DNA of 44,774 bases from an uncultured Planctomycetia bacterium (GCA_964506425.1 CAZDLS010000002.1:1-44774), one strand, 5' to 3'. Shown: positions 25,389-35,069, counted from the stretch's first letter. Translations and numbers: made by a program. The notes: a model not told the origin generated them from the sequence alone.

Positions 25389-25462
25389 GAAATTTTGGAC
25401 GCAAAACGGTTACTTTCCGTCTTTTTCCTCGTCGAGAAAAAAATCCTTTGAAAAATCTTCGG

Positions 25463-26278
25463 TCAAAAACGGCTCGTGCGGCGGAATTGAACGAAGCTCA
25501 ACGCCAAAACGACAAAAACGAAGACGAAGGACTCCGCGATGACGCGGCCGGCGTCGAGTTCCAGCTCGAACATCCGCAGCCGTATCATGGAGACGCCCCA
25601 CAGGGCGTTCACCTGCGGCAGCAAGCGCGTGCTCGCGGCGAGCATCTGATGGAAGAAAGAAGAGGCGGCGCCTTTCAGGAACGTCTCGCGGGCCAAGGGA
25701 CCGCCCAATCCGGCGATCAGCATCAGGATGGTCAGGATCCCCGCGAGGGCGTTGGGCACGAAGAGATAGAAAAAGACGGTCAGGCTGATGCACAGCAGGC
25801 CCATGAGGAGCGCGATGCTCATCCCCGGCCACAGATATACCGTCAACAGGCGCGTCTGAGAGACCAGGACGAACCAGAGCCCCGCCGTCATCAGGAACCA
25901 GTTCAGAAAGATCATCCGGAACAGGCCGATCACCGCGCCCCCCAACACCTGCCACGACCGCACCGGCTTGGACATAAGAAGGATCAGGTTGGCGCGCCCC
26001 AAAAAACTCTGCAGGACGCTGACGGAGACAAAGATAGCGATGAGGGGGATGAAGATATGGACCGCGACGAAACCGATGTGGAGGGCCGCCTGCCGGGGGG
26101 TCTGGTCGCTGAAGAGCTTCGGGTCGTCCACCATAAAGGGGACGTTGGCCATCAGGATGAAGAGGAGCGCCAGCAGCAAAAAACCGTACATCATGCGCTC
26201 GCGCGTCGCCCAGCGATAGACCTCCCGGCCGATCAGGAACGTGATCCGAAGGCTGCTCCAGGCCGCCTTAAGTCTCAT
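25463..26278 (-). CDS. ABC-2-type transporter permease
   Basis: 271-aa ORF with about 6 hydrophobic spans. The start overlaps the stop of the ATPase gene by 11 nt. Confidence 0.7.
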   Translation of the reverse strand: MRLKAAWSSLRITFLIGREVYRWATRERMMYGFLLLALLFILMANVPFMVDDPKLFSDQTPRQAALHIGFVAVHIFIPLIAIFVSVSVLQSFLGRANLILLMSKPVRSWQVLGGAVIGLFRMIFLNWFLMTAGLWFVLVSQTRLLTVYLWPGMSIALLMGLLCISLTVFFYLFVPNALAGILTILMLIAGLGGPLARETFLKGAASSFFHQMLAASTRLLPQVNALWGVSMIRLRMFELELDAGRVIAESFVFVFVVLALSFVQFRRTSRF

Positions 26279-27017
26279 GGCGCATGATCCTCATGAACTC
26301 CTCCTCCATGCCGCCGGCCCTCAGGAACTCGTCGCGGCCCTCGACCTTGCGGCAGCGGCCCGCATCGAGGAAGGCGACGCGGTCGCAGAGTTTTTCGATC
26401 TCCGTGAGCGAGTGCGTGGACATGACGATGGTCTTGCCGGACCTCTTGAGCTCCCGGAGTATCTCCCGCAGGCGCACGAGGATCACGGGGTCGAGGTAAA
26501 CGGTCGGCTCATCCAGGATGATCAGGTCCGGGTCGTGGACGAGCGCCTGGATAAAATCCACCTGACGCCGCTGCCCCGCCGAGAGGTTCTTGAGCAGGAC
26601 CCGGCGCTCTTTCGTCAACCCCGTCACCTCCAGGAGGTGCTTGATCCGCTCCCGGATCGCCGCCTTGCCGAGACCGAAGAGCCGGCCGAAAAAAAACAAG
26701 AGCTCGTATACCGTGCAGAAATCGGGCAGGACCGTCGTCTCGGGGACGTATCCGATGCGCGTAAAAGGGGTCGTGTCGCCCGCGACAAAAGGCTTACCGA
26801 AGAGCTCGATACGTCCTGCCGTCGGCCGCACCACCCCCACCAGCATGTTCAGGGTCGTCGTCTTTCCCGCGCCGTTGGGACCCAGGACACCGAAGATCTC
26901 GCCCTCAAGGACCTCCAGGTCCAGGTCCGAAACGGCCAGCGCCTCCCGGCGGGAAAAAAGGAGACCTTCGACATAGTGTTTCGTCAGTCCGGATGTCTTC
27001 AGGATGGGGGCGCTCAC
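26268..27017 (-). CDS. ABC transporter ATP-binding protein
   Basis: Track ORF 26268-27179 trimmed to GTG 27017, which forms a GTGA overlap with the HAD gene stop. Walker A GPNGAGKTT, signature LSAGQRRQ, Walker B LIILDEPT, H-loop STHS. Confidence 0.88.
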   Translation of the reverse strand: MSAPILKTSGLTKHYVEGLLFSRREALAVSDLDLEVLEGEIFGVLGPNGAGKTTTLNMLVGVVRPTAGRIELFGKPFVAGDTTPFTRIGYVPETTVLPDFCTVYELLFFFGRLFGLGKAAIRERIKHLLEVTGLTKERRVLLKNLSAGQRRQVDFIQALVHDPDLIILDEPTVYLDPVILVRLREILRELKRSGKTIVMSTHSLTEIEKLCDRVAFLDAGRCRKVEGRDEFLRAGGMEEEFMRIMRHET

Positions 27018-27646
27018 GGCAGCACCTGGCGTCGCCTGAGTTCTTTTTTGAAATCGCGCAGAGAGCGGAAACGGATACTGCGGAGTCCCAGCCGGCGGGC
27101 CGCCCGGATGAGGTCCGGCCGGTCGTCGACATAAAGAACGCGGCCGGACGCGCGCCGGCCCTTCACGCTCAGGGCGCAACGATAGATACGCGGATGCGGT
27201 TTTTGCGCGCCGACCTTATAGGAGAGGACCACCTTGTCGAAGACGCGCAGGTGCCCGGGAAACTTCCGGCGGATGTACGCATAGTGGAGGGCGTTGATGT
27301 TCGAGATAAGGTGCAGGCGCCAACGCCGGCGCAGGGTCTTCAAGAGCGCGAGGATCCCGGGATTCGGGAAAAAGATCTCGCTCCAGACGGGGACGAACCT
27401 CTTGTAGGTGAGTCCGTCGAGCGCCAAATCCTTCTTGAGCCGCGCGAAGAACTGACGCGAGGAGCAACGCCCCTCCTCGTACGCCTGGGTCAGCGGAGAG
27501 TCGAAGAAATATCCATAGACCTCTTGGAAGGTCTTCGACGTGTAGGGAAGGATGCGGCGCACGGCGATGCGGTGATCGAAGCGGATCAGCACATTGCCCA
27601 GGTCGCACAGGATAAGCCCGCGGCGATCGGATCTGTTCGGCACCAT
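27014..27646 (-). CDS. HAD-superfamily hydrolase-like protein
   Basis: 210-aa ORF. Motif I-like LILCDLGNVL, ISNIN, VGAQKPHPRIY, LYVDDRPDLIRAA. Confidence 0.6.
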   Translation of the reverse strand: MVPNRSDRRGLILCDLGNVLIRFDHRIAVRRILPYTSKTFQEVYGYFFDSPLTQAYEEGRCSSRQFFARLKKDLALDGLTYKRFVPVWSEIFFPNPGILALLKTLRRRWRLHLISNINALHYAYIRRKFPGHLRVFDKVVLSYKVGAQKPHPRIYRCALSVKGRRASGRVLYVDDRPDLIRAARRLGLRSIRFRSLRDFKKELRRRQVLP

Positions 27647-27657
27647 GCGGGACGCGC

Positions 27658-28680
27658 CTAATTGTTCTTCTTGGGGGTCTTTTTAAAAAGATCGAGAAAC
27701 CGGTCTTCGTACCTGTCGTAGACGTTCCACTTGTCCAGTTCTTTCTTGAGCTCCGTCGCCCGCGCCAGGTCCCGGCGGGCCGCGATGAAGAGCCTGTCGA
27801 TGTGATGCTGGGCCGACTCCGGCAGGCGCGAGGCGTCGGCGAGCGACTTCTTGATGTCCTCGATCTCCTGCTGGTCTATAGGCGTCTCGGGTTCAGGCGG
27901 GTTCTTCAGGTATTCGATCAGATGTTCGATCTCCTGGTTCATCCGGGCGGCGTGTTGCCGGAGCTCCGAAAGGTCCACCTTCATCCCCAGGATGGCGGCC
28001 AGCTTCTCCAGGACGGCCATCGAGGCAAGAGGGTTCTCGATCTGAACGGTATAAAGAGGGATCTCGCCCAGGAGACAGACACCATTCAGGCCCCGCGCCT
28101 TGGCCGCACCCAGGATGAGCCCGTTCAAGCCGCTGATCTGCCCTGTCGGCATCACCTTGGTGCGCCGGGCCGCGAGCTCGTCGAGGAGCTTCTTCTGCGT
28201 GGCGACGGCGCGCACCTGCGGCATCTGCGTGTGTTCGATCGGCAACGGCATCGCGGCGAACGTGTAGAGCGTCTTGACGTTGAGGGAGGCCGCAAAATCG
28301 ACCACCTCCAGGGCATAGGCAAAGCTCTTCTCGATGAGCGGCTGGGCGTTGCTGATGAAGAGGACCACGTCGTTGCCCGCCGCCGCCCCCCTCGCGGCGT
28401 AAAAACGCCCCTCGGGCAGGGGAGGCAGGGAGATCTGACCGGCCTCCACGAAGATCCCGGAAGGATAATAATAGTCCGAGGCGGGCATGACGGCAAACTC
28501 CTGGGCCTTGAGTTTTTCCTTCAGGTACACCGCCGCCTTCAAGGCCACGTCGCCCATGCCGGGCCAGGCAGCAACGAGGGCGGGATCCTTGAGGCGCAGC
28601 TTTTTGGTGACGCGTATCTTCTTCATCACGGTGTATTGTATATGTTTTTCAACGGCCTCGCAACGGCTTTCGGATCTCAC
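27658..28680 (-). CDS. PAC2 (proteasome-assembly-chaperone-2-like) family protein with a C-terminal helical extension
   Basis: PALVAAWPGMGDVALKAAVYL, VVLFISNAQP, GLNGLILGAAKARGLNGVCLLGEIP are PAC2-like. GTG 28680 forms a GTGA overlap with the upstream stop. An alternative ATG at 28626 (MKKIRV...) is equally plausible. Confidence 0.55.
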   Translation of the reverse strand: MRSESRCEAVEKHIQYTVMKKIRVTKKLRLKDPALVAAWPGMGDVALKAAVYLKEKLKAQEFAVMPASDYYYPSGIFVEAGQISLPPLPEGRFYAARGAAAGNDVVLFISNAQPLIEKSFAYALEVVDFAASLNVKTLYTFAAMPLPIEHTQMPQVRAVATQKKLLDELAARRTKVMPTGQISGLNGLILGAAKARGLNGVCLLGEIPLYTVQIENPLASMAVLEKLAAILGMKVDLSELRQHAARMNQEIEHLIEYLKNPPEPETPIDQQEIEDIKKSLADASRLPESAQHHIDRLFIAARRDLARATELKKELDKWNVYDRYEDRFLDLFKKTPKKNN

Positions 28681-29810
28681 GGCCTCTTATCATCAAAAAG
28701 CCTGATGAAACGCTCCAGCACCTCGGCGCCGCGGACCAGGTCCCGGATGCGGACGAATTCGTCGGTCGCGTGGGCGTTGCCCTTGGCGCCGTAGCCGGTC
28801 GCCACGGCCGGGATCCCCTTGTTCTGGAAGAAGGTGATGACCGTCGCCCCCTCGCTGCCCCGGACCGGCGCCGGCGCGCCGAGGCTGCGGGCCGCCCTCC
28901 TCAAACAGGAGACGAGGGGATGGCGCGCGTCGATCTCATACGGACGCTGGATGTCATCGACCTTGATCTTGTAACGGATCCCGGTCTTGTCAAAGGCCGC
29001 GCGGACGCGCCTGAGGAGGCGCGGGGCCGGCATGCCGGGCAGAAAACGCAGATCCACCTCCACGACGCACCAGTCCGCCACCATGTTCACCTTGTCCCCG
29101 CCGCGGATGGTGCCGATGTTGACCGTCAGCGGCCTCAGGAGCCGGTGCGGGCGCTGTTGCCACCGCAGCCCCTTCAGCGTCCGGATGAGGACGAACGCCT
29201 GATCGATGGCGTTGACGCCGCGGTGAGGGTAGGCGCCGTGGGCCTTGCGGCCGGCGACGCTGATGCGAAAATGGATGAGCCCCTTCTGGGCCGTGATGAT
29301 GCTGAACTCGTCGGAATCGAGGATCAGCGCACAGGAAGGACGCACGATATTCTTTTCCAAAAGCGGCACGAGCCCGTGCCCCGAGCCGGTCTCCTCGTCG
29401 GCCGTCGCCAAAAAAATGACGTCGTGCCTGAGGGGCATGCCCTCCTGGGCAAGGCGCATCATCACCTCCATGGCCACCGCGAGGTTGCCCTTGCAGTCCG
29501 TGGCCCCGCGGCCGTAGATCCTGCCGTTGCGCACCAGCCCCAAGAACGGCCCCACCCGCCAGCCGCGGCCCGCCGGCACGGTGTCGAGGTGCGGCGTGAT
29601 CAAAAGCGGCGCGCGCGACGAACGACCCTTCAAGACGGCCAGCACGTTGTCCCGCTTAGGGTGCAGCCGGATGCGGCGCGGCCGCAGCCCCGCCCGCTTC
29701 AGGGTGGCGGCCACGAACGCCGCCACGGCCCGCTCGTCGCCCGGCGGATTCTCGGAGTTGATGCGCACCAACCGCTGCGCCAGCTTGATCAACCTTTGTT
29801 TATTGACCAT
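28677..29810 (-). CDS. M20-family metallohydrolase (ArgE/DapE-like deacylase)
   Basis: 377-aa ORF. LITPHLDTVP, GRGATDCKGN, ATADEETGS, and a dimerisation-domain pattern. Confidence 0.8.
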   Translation of the reverse strand: MVNKQRLIKLAQRLVRINSENPPGDERAVAAFVAATLKRAGLRPRRIRLHPKRDNVLAVLKGRSSRAPLLITPHLDTVPAGRGWRVGPFLGLVRNGRIYGRGATDCKGNLAVAMEVMMRLAQEGMPLRHDVIFLATADEETGSGHGLVPLLEKNIVRPSCALILDSDEFSIITAQKGLIHFRISVAGRKAHGAYPHRGVNAIDQAFVLIRTLKGLRWQQRPHRLLRPLTVNIGTIRGGDKVNMVADWCVVEVDLRFLPGMPAPRLLRRVRAAFDKTGIRYKIKVDDIQRPYEIDARHPLVSCLRRAARSLGAPAPVRGSEGATVITFFQNKGIPAVATGYGAKGNAHATDEFVRIRDLVRGAEVLERFIRLFDDKRP

Positions 29811-29829
29811 GTCTGTTTATGCCACCATT

Positions 29830-30729
29830 TTAACTGATGTAGCCGATGCGGCGCAAGAGTTCCTGGTTCTGTTTCCACTTGGGGTCGACCTTGACCCAGA
29901 GCTCCAGAAAGAACTTCTTGCCGTAGACCTCTTCGAGCTCCCGGCGGGCGGCGGTGCCGACGCGTTTCAGGAGGTCGCCCTTGCGGCCGATGACGATCGC
30001 CTTCTGCGCGTCGCGCTCCACGAGGATGATGACCTTGGCCACCGTCAGGTCCTGCCGGCGGTCGATGATCTCCTCGGCATAGACCGCCATGGAAAAGGGC
30101 ACCTCCTCCCTGAGGTCCCCCAGCAACTTTTCGCGCACGATGTCCTGGACCGTCAGCTGGCGGGGAAAGTCCGTCAGGACGTCCTCGGGATACAAGGGCT
30201 CGCCTTCGGGAAGGAGGTCGAAGCAGACGGCGAGCAGCCGCTCGACGTTCGTGCCCTTTAACGCGGAGATCGGCACCGGCGTCACCCGGCCGGCCTCGTT
30301 CAACGACCGGCCCAACGTCCGCTCCCACGCCTTGAGGTAATCCCCGATATGGGCCGTCCCCCGGTCGATCTTGTTCAGGGCCAGGATGACCGGCGCGGGC
30401 TCATGCCGCAGCTGCCGCAGCAGCATCTCCTCTTCCTCGCCGACGCGTTCGGTGGCATCGACGAGATGGAGCAGCACGTCCGCCCCGCTCATCGACTCCT
30501 GCAGGACCGTCATCATCGCCCGGTCAAAGGCATGTTTTTTCGTGTGCAGGCCCGGCGTGTCCAAAAAGACGATCTGGCCGCGGGGCTCATGGAGGACGCC
30601 GCGGATCTGGTGACGGGTCGTCTGCGCCGTGGGCGAGACGATGGCCACCTTCTCGCCCAGGATACGGTTGAGGAGCGTTGACTTGCCGGTGTTCGGCCGG
30701 CCGACGATAGCGACGATGCCCGCCTTCAT
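29830..30729 (-). CDS. era: GTPase Era
   Basis: 299-aa ORF. GRPNTGKSTLLN, TTRHQI, DTPG, NKID, and a C-terminal KH domain. ATGA overlap with the upstream gene. Confidence 0.93.
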   Translation of the reverse strand: MKAGIVAIVGRPNTGKSTLLNRILGEKVAIVSPTAQTTRHQIRGVLHEPRGQIVFLDTPGLHTKKHAFDRAMMTVLQESMSGADVLLHLVDATERVGEEEEMLLRQLRHEPAPVILALNKIDRGTAHIGDYLKAWERTLGRSLNEAGRVTPVPISALKGTNVERLLAVCFDLLPEGEPLYPEDVLTDFPRQLTVQDIVREKLLGDLREEVPFSMAVYAEEIIDRRQDLTVAKVIILVERDAQKAIVIGRKGDLLKRVGTAARRELEEVYGKKFFLELWVKVDPKWKQNQELLRRIGYIS

Positions 30730-32192
30730 GATCTCCTGAGCACCTCGAATAGATGTTCCTTAAAAAACTTCTGGCCCAGCAGGATATGGTGCCAGTCTTC
30801 ATTGACCCTTGCCCCCAGGTCTAAAAAATCATAGCGTTCGTCCAGGGCGCGCGGAAAAACCCCGTCCTTGTCGTAGGCCAGGGCCGAGGAGACGATATAG
30901 ACGGGCACGCCCTCATCCAGGAAAGGGTCCAAGGTCTCATCGAAGAAGGCCTGGATGGACACAGGATCGGCGTCAAGCGGCTGACGCATCGTGCGCCGCT
31001 TCGCGTAGGTGGCGATGATCTGGCTTTCGTCCACGGCGATGACGACCCCCTTCGGATCGGTCTTGCCGGCGAGCCACTGCGCGAACTCGATCTGCAGGGA
31101 GTGGCCGTGACGGAACGTCAAGGCGGGCAGGAACACCAGGAGGCGCGCGCACAGGATCCCCAGGACGATCCAGGCCGAGGCGACGATCAGGGGCCGGCGG
31201 GTCGAGAAGGCCCGGCCCAGGGCATACCCTTCGATGATCACCAGCGGGAACCACGCGGCGACGAAATACCGCATCGCGGCGCAGGTCAGGTTCCCGTATA
31301 AAAACTGCAAGACCGCGAACCAAAGAAGGAAAAAGACCAAATAGCGCAGCTCCCGGGCGAGGACCAGCCCACAGATGCCCCCCAGGATCACGACGCAACC
31401 GTAAGGGCCGAACCCGCCGACGAACCAAAGGAAAGACATCGGGAGATTCTTGGAGAAGGGGCCCAGAAAGACCGCCTGGTAGGGATCGGTCAGGGCGAAG
31501 TGAAAGGGCGCCGCCCCCTTTTGGATGAAGAGCTGGATATAAAACAAAAGGACCGTCCCCAGCGTCACGGCGGCCGCCCGCCCAAGGGCCTGCAGGCGGT
31601 CACGCCGGGGCAGGGGCGCGGTCAGCAAGAGGAAGACGAAGGGGATGACGAGCAGTAACTCGGCAAGACGTGTGGCGCCGCACAGGCCGAGAAAGAAGGC
31701 CGCCGCCACAACGTCGCGGGGCCGGCGCGTCTCCTGTGTAAAGCGCAGAAGAAGACAAAGGCCGGCCAGCGCCAGGCACATGGCCGGCGTCATGCTCGAG
31801 CCGAAGGCCGAGACGGCGACGTGGGGCGGAAAGAACACCCCCAGAAGACCGGCCGCGGCAGCCGCCTTGAAACCGAACATCTTCTCAGCGGCAAGAAAGA
31901 GCAAGGCCACGGACAAGGCCCCACAGACGACGCTCATCAGGTTCACGGCAAAGACGATGTCTGAACCGCCCAACAGCTTCACGCCGGCGATAAAAAACAC
32001 CGCCACGAGGACCGCAAACGGATGACCATCCCCATGGGTATAGTAAAAACGGCCCGTCTCAAGCGTCTCTTGGGCCGAAAGGGCCAGGCTCAAGGTGTCG
32101 CTATGAAAAGGCCCCTTGCTGATAAAGGCCAACCGCACGCAGAGGGCGGCTGCGAAAAGAGCGACCAGGACCCAGACCCTCTTAGAAAGCAT
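30726..32192 (-). CDS. Polytopic membrane protein, ArnT/PMT-like (GT-C fold) glycosyltransferase candidate with a C-terminal soluble domain
   Basis: Track ORF trimmed to ATG 32192 (MLSKRVWVLVALFAAALCVRLAF...). About 11 hydrophobic spans followed by a soluble tail of about 130 aa. The layout resembles the GT39/GT83 families. Overlaps the upstream stop by 11 nt. Confidence 0.5.
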   Translation of the reverse strand: MLSKRVWVLVALFAAALCVRLAFISKGPFHSDTLSLALSAQETLETGRFYYTHGDGHPFAVLVAVFFIAGVKLLGGSDIVFAVNLMSVVCGALSVALLFLAAEKMFGFKAAAAAGLLGVFFPPHVAVSAFGSSMTPAMCLALAGLCLLLRFTQETRRPRDVVAAAFFLGLCGATRLAELLLVIPFVFLLLTAPLPRRDRLQALGRAAAVTLGTVLLFYIQLFIQKGAAPFHFALTDPYQAVFLGPFSKNLPMSFLWFVGGFGPYGCVVILGGICGLVLARELRYLVFFLLWFAVLQFLYGNLTCAAMRYFVAAWFPLVIIEGYALGRAFSTRRPLIVASAWIVLGILCARLLVFLPALTFRHGHSLQIEFAQWLAGKTDPKGVVIAVDESQIIATYAKRRTMRQPLDADPVSIQAFFDETLDPFLDEGVPVYIVSSALAYDKDGVFPRALDERYDFLDLGARVNEDWHHILLGQKFFKEHLFEVLRRS

Positions 32193-35052
32193 GGTTGAGC
32201 CCCACCCAGACGCGGGTGTCCTTGTCTTCGCCGTCGAGCGGACGCGCCACGTCGATGCGCACGGCCAGACGCTCGGCGGCGCCGGCGATGTTGAAGTAGA
32301 TGCGCAGGCCCAGGCCCGCATCTCGTCTCAAGCCGTTCTCATTGAAATCCGCGTACCACGCCGAGCCCGCGTCGAAGAAGGCGACCCCCTGCACCGCGTC
32401 GAGCGTGGCGACGTTCCAGGGCAGGCGCACGTCCAGGTCGCGCAGCAACGGGAAGCGGTACTCGGCCGAACCCAGCATCATGGCGCTGCCCTGGACGCTC
32501 TTGTAGCGGTAGCCGCGCAGCTCGCGGTCCGAGCCCAGATAAAAAAGGTACTTGTCCTTCGGATGGCCTCCCCCGCCCTTGACGCGCCATGCCAGCTTAT
32601 GCCCTTTCCAGAGCTCGATATAACGGTCGACCTCCAAAGACGAGCGCACGAAGGCGTCGTCGCCGTGGGCCACGTGGCCGGCCACCTCCGAGATAGAGGT
32701 ACATCGGAACCCCGTCGAGGGGTCGGGGAAGGCGCCGGCATCCGCCCAGTGCAGCGAGAGGCCGAAGATCGACTCGCTCTTCTGCCGGTAGCGCAGGTTA
32801 CGCGCCTCCTCCCTGTCGGCGACAAAGCCGGTCTGGCCCAGCCCCCGGTTATGGAGGAAGTAGAGGGTGGCGTGGCTGTTGGGCTCGACGATGCTGTAGC
32901 CCAACGAGAGCTCCTGGCGCAGGTAAAGCTTATAGGACTGCAGGTTCTCCTCCTCGTCGCCCACGGCCTGACGGTCCATGAACTCAAGCCCCCAGCTCAG
33001 GTACTGTCCGAAGAGGTTGTGCTTTTCAAATCCCGCCGAGGAGATCCAGGATGCGGCGCTGTTGTCATAGTGGCTGGCGATATACGCCGTCCAGTCGCCC
33101 GGCCGCTTCAGGGCGGACTTGACGCCGATGCCGTAGGCCGAGAGGCTGGGCCCGGTCAACCAGTAATACCGGTCACTCTTTAAGAAAAGGGGGACATCAT
33201 ACAGGCCGTGGTAGAACGGCACGAGACGCACGCTGAGCCGGCGCGGATACCGGTTGTTCATGCGGTCGAGGTCCAGGATCCGGCCGCTGGGGTCTGCCTC
33301 GGCCTCGACGACCTCGCGGCCGGCGTCAAGAGGGATCGGCTCCCGGGACGCCGCGCCCTTGAAAGAGACGGTCTCCTGGGTCCCGTCGCGGTAGCGCAGC
33401 CGCACGTCGAGCGGCATGCGCACGTCACCCACCTTCTCGAGGACGAGGCGTCCGCCGCGCCGGAAGATCCCGTAATCGCAGACGGCGGCCTGATACAGCC
33501 ACGCGTCAAAGAACCACGAGAGGTCCTGCCCGCTCACTTCTTCGGCGAGCGCGATAAAATCACTGACGCGGGCGATGCGGAAGCGGAACCGCTCGGCGTA
33601 ACGGCGCATGAGCGCGTCCATCTTCTCTTTACCGATGAGCTCCGCGAGCATGCCCACGACCTGCGAGCCCTTGCCGTAGGCCACGGTGAAGATGAGGCTC
33701 GGCTCGTAAAAGCTCGACGACTCCTGGATGATGGCCGCGTCCCAGCCCTTTTTGGCGAAGTACCAGTAGCGGTAGGCCCTTACGTCGTCAAAAGACGGGT
33801 TCGGGGCGATCCGCTCCACCCACCGGGGCACCTCCACGACCTTCGCGTCCGGACCGTACTTGTCCTTGAAATACTCGAGCGTTGCGTACGAGTTGATGCC
33901 CTCGTCGAGCCACACCTCCCGGTACTCGTCGTTGCCCACGACGTTGTACCACCACTGGTGGCCCGTCTCGTGGACGACGAGGAACTCGAAGGTGCGGTCC
34001 AGGAGCGTGGGCATCCGGTAGGCGCGCGTGTCGATGAAGATGAGCCCCGCATTCTGGCTGCCGCCGTAGCCCAGATAGACCGGCACGATGGAAAACTTCT
34101 TGTACGGATACGCGCCGAAGCGCCCGCCGTAATACGCCAGCATGTCGGCGGCGTAGGACGCGGCCTTGACGGCCTGGCGCTCGTCCTTTTCGAGGTAATA
34201 CGACGCGATGGTCACGCCGTCGCGCTCGATGCGGTGGCACGCGTAGGCGTCGCTGACGGCCAGGGTCAGCTCGCGCAGCGGCGCCGAGCTCTTCAGGTGC
34301 ACCGTCTTGACGCCGGAGACCGTGATCGCACCGGCCTCCTCATCGCACCCCGAGACCACCTCGAAGCCTTCCGGCACCTCGATGGTCAGCGCGTACATCG
34401 CCGCGTCGCTGACATAAGGCATGTGCAGGAGATAGTCGGGGTGCTTCTGCCATGCCCCGTCGTCGTGCGCCGTGAGGAGCGGATACCAGCGGTTCAGGGC
34501 AAAGACCTCCCCATGCCGGCCGAAGCGGCCCAGACGATGCGGGACCTTCACCGTAAAGTCCATCCCCAGGATACACGTCCCGGCCGCCGGGCAGGGCTCG
34601 GCCAACTCGACCCTCAGGAGCGTTGCGTCCTGCCCCTCGACGCAAAAAGAGAGGTCTTTCTGCGTGCCGTCTTTCAGGGAAGTGACGGTGAGCGCCCCCT
34701 GCTGAAAGCCGTCCGGGAACGGGTCCGCCTTGAAGTAGCTCGCGAACTTATAGAGGTTGCGCTTCTCGCGGGGCGAATACCTGTGGTTCGGATAGATGCG
34801 CAGGTAGACCTCTTTGAGCGGTGCGCCCGTGTCATTGCGGAACGACAAGGTCTGGTGCGCCGTCAGGGTCGCCGCCTTCGGATCGAACCGGGCGCTGATC
34901 TCATAGCGGACATCCTCAAACGCCCCCGCCCCCTGCGCGGCGACGAAAAGAGCCGCAACGGCGATAAAGACAGCACGTCGCAAACCGAAGCAGACGGCGA
35001 AAAACTTCGTCTGCGGAAAAGAAAACCTCCCTGTCCTGCATAGTTTAATCAT
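32182..35052 (-). CDS. M1-family (gluzincin) metallopeptidase fused to a C-terminal Omp85/surface-antigen-type beta-barrel
   Basis: Track ORF trimmed to ATG 35052; signal peptide ...AVAALFVAAQGAGA/FE. HETGH (33958-33972) with WLDEG gives HExxH-X18-E. The C-terminal ~320 aa carry LGSDRELRGY, AFFDAGSAW, GLGLRIY, RIDVARPL and the terminal ...WVGLNHAF (aromatic last residue). Confidence 0.75.
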   Translation of the reverse strand: MIKLCRTGRFSFPQTKFFAVCFGLRRAVFIAVAALFVAAQGAGAFEDVRYEISARFDPKAATLTAHQTLSFRNDTGAPLKEVYLRIYPNHRYSPREKRNLYKFASYFKADPFPDGFQQGALTVTSLKDGTQKDLSFCVEGQDATLLRVELAEPCPAAGTCILGMDFTVKVPHRLGRFGRHGEVFALNRWYPLLTAHDDGAWQKHPDYLLHMPYVSDAAMYALTIEVPEGFEVVSGCDEEAGAITVSGVKTVHLKSSAPLRELTLAVSDAYACHRIERDGVTIASYYLEKDERQAVKAASYAADMLAYYGGRFGAYPYKKFSIVPVYLGYGGSQNAGLIFIDTRAYRMPTLLDRTFEFLVVHETGHQWWYNVVGNDEYREVWLDEGINSYATLEYFKDKYGPDAKVVEVPRWVERIAPNPSFDDVRAYRYWYFAKKGWDAAIIQESSSFYEPSLIFTVAYGKGSQVVGMLAELIGKEKMDALMRRYAERFRFRIARVSDFIALAEEVSGQDLSWFFDAWLYQAAVCDYGIFRRGGRLVLEKVGDVRMPLDVRLRYRDGTQETVSFKGAASREPIPLDAGREVVEAEADPSGRILDLDRMNNRYPRRLSVRLVPFYHGLYDVPLFLKSDRYYWLTGPSLSAYGIGVKSALKRPGDWTAYIASHYDNSAASWISSAGFEKHNLFGQYLSWGLEFMDRQAVGDEEENLQSYKLYLRQELSLGYSIVEPNSHATLYFLHNRGLGQTGFVADREEARNLRYRQKSESIFGLSLHWADAGAFPDPSTGFRCTSISEVAGHVAHGDDAFVRSSLEVDRYIELWKGHKLAWRVKGGGGHPKDKYLFYLGSDRELRGYRYKSVQGSAMMLGSAEYRFPLLRDLDVRLPWNVATLDAVQGVAFFDAGSAWYADFNENGLRRDAGLGLRIYFNIAGAAERLAVRIDVARPLDGEDKDTRVWVGLNHAF

Positions 35053-35069
35053 ATAGCGACCTTTGCGGA

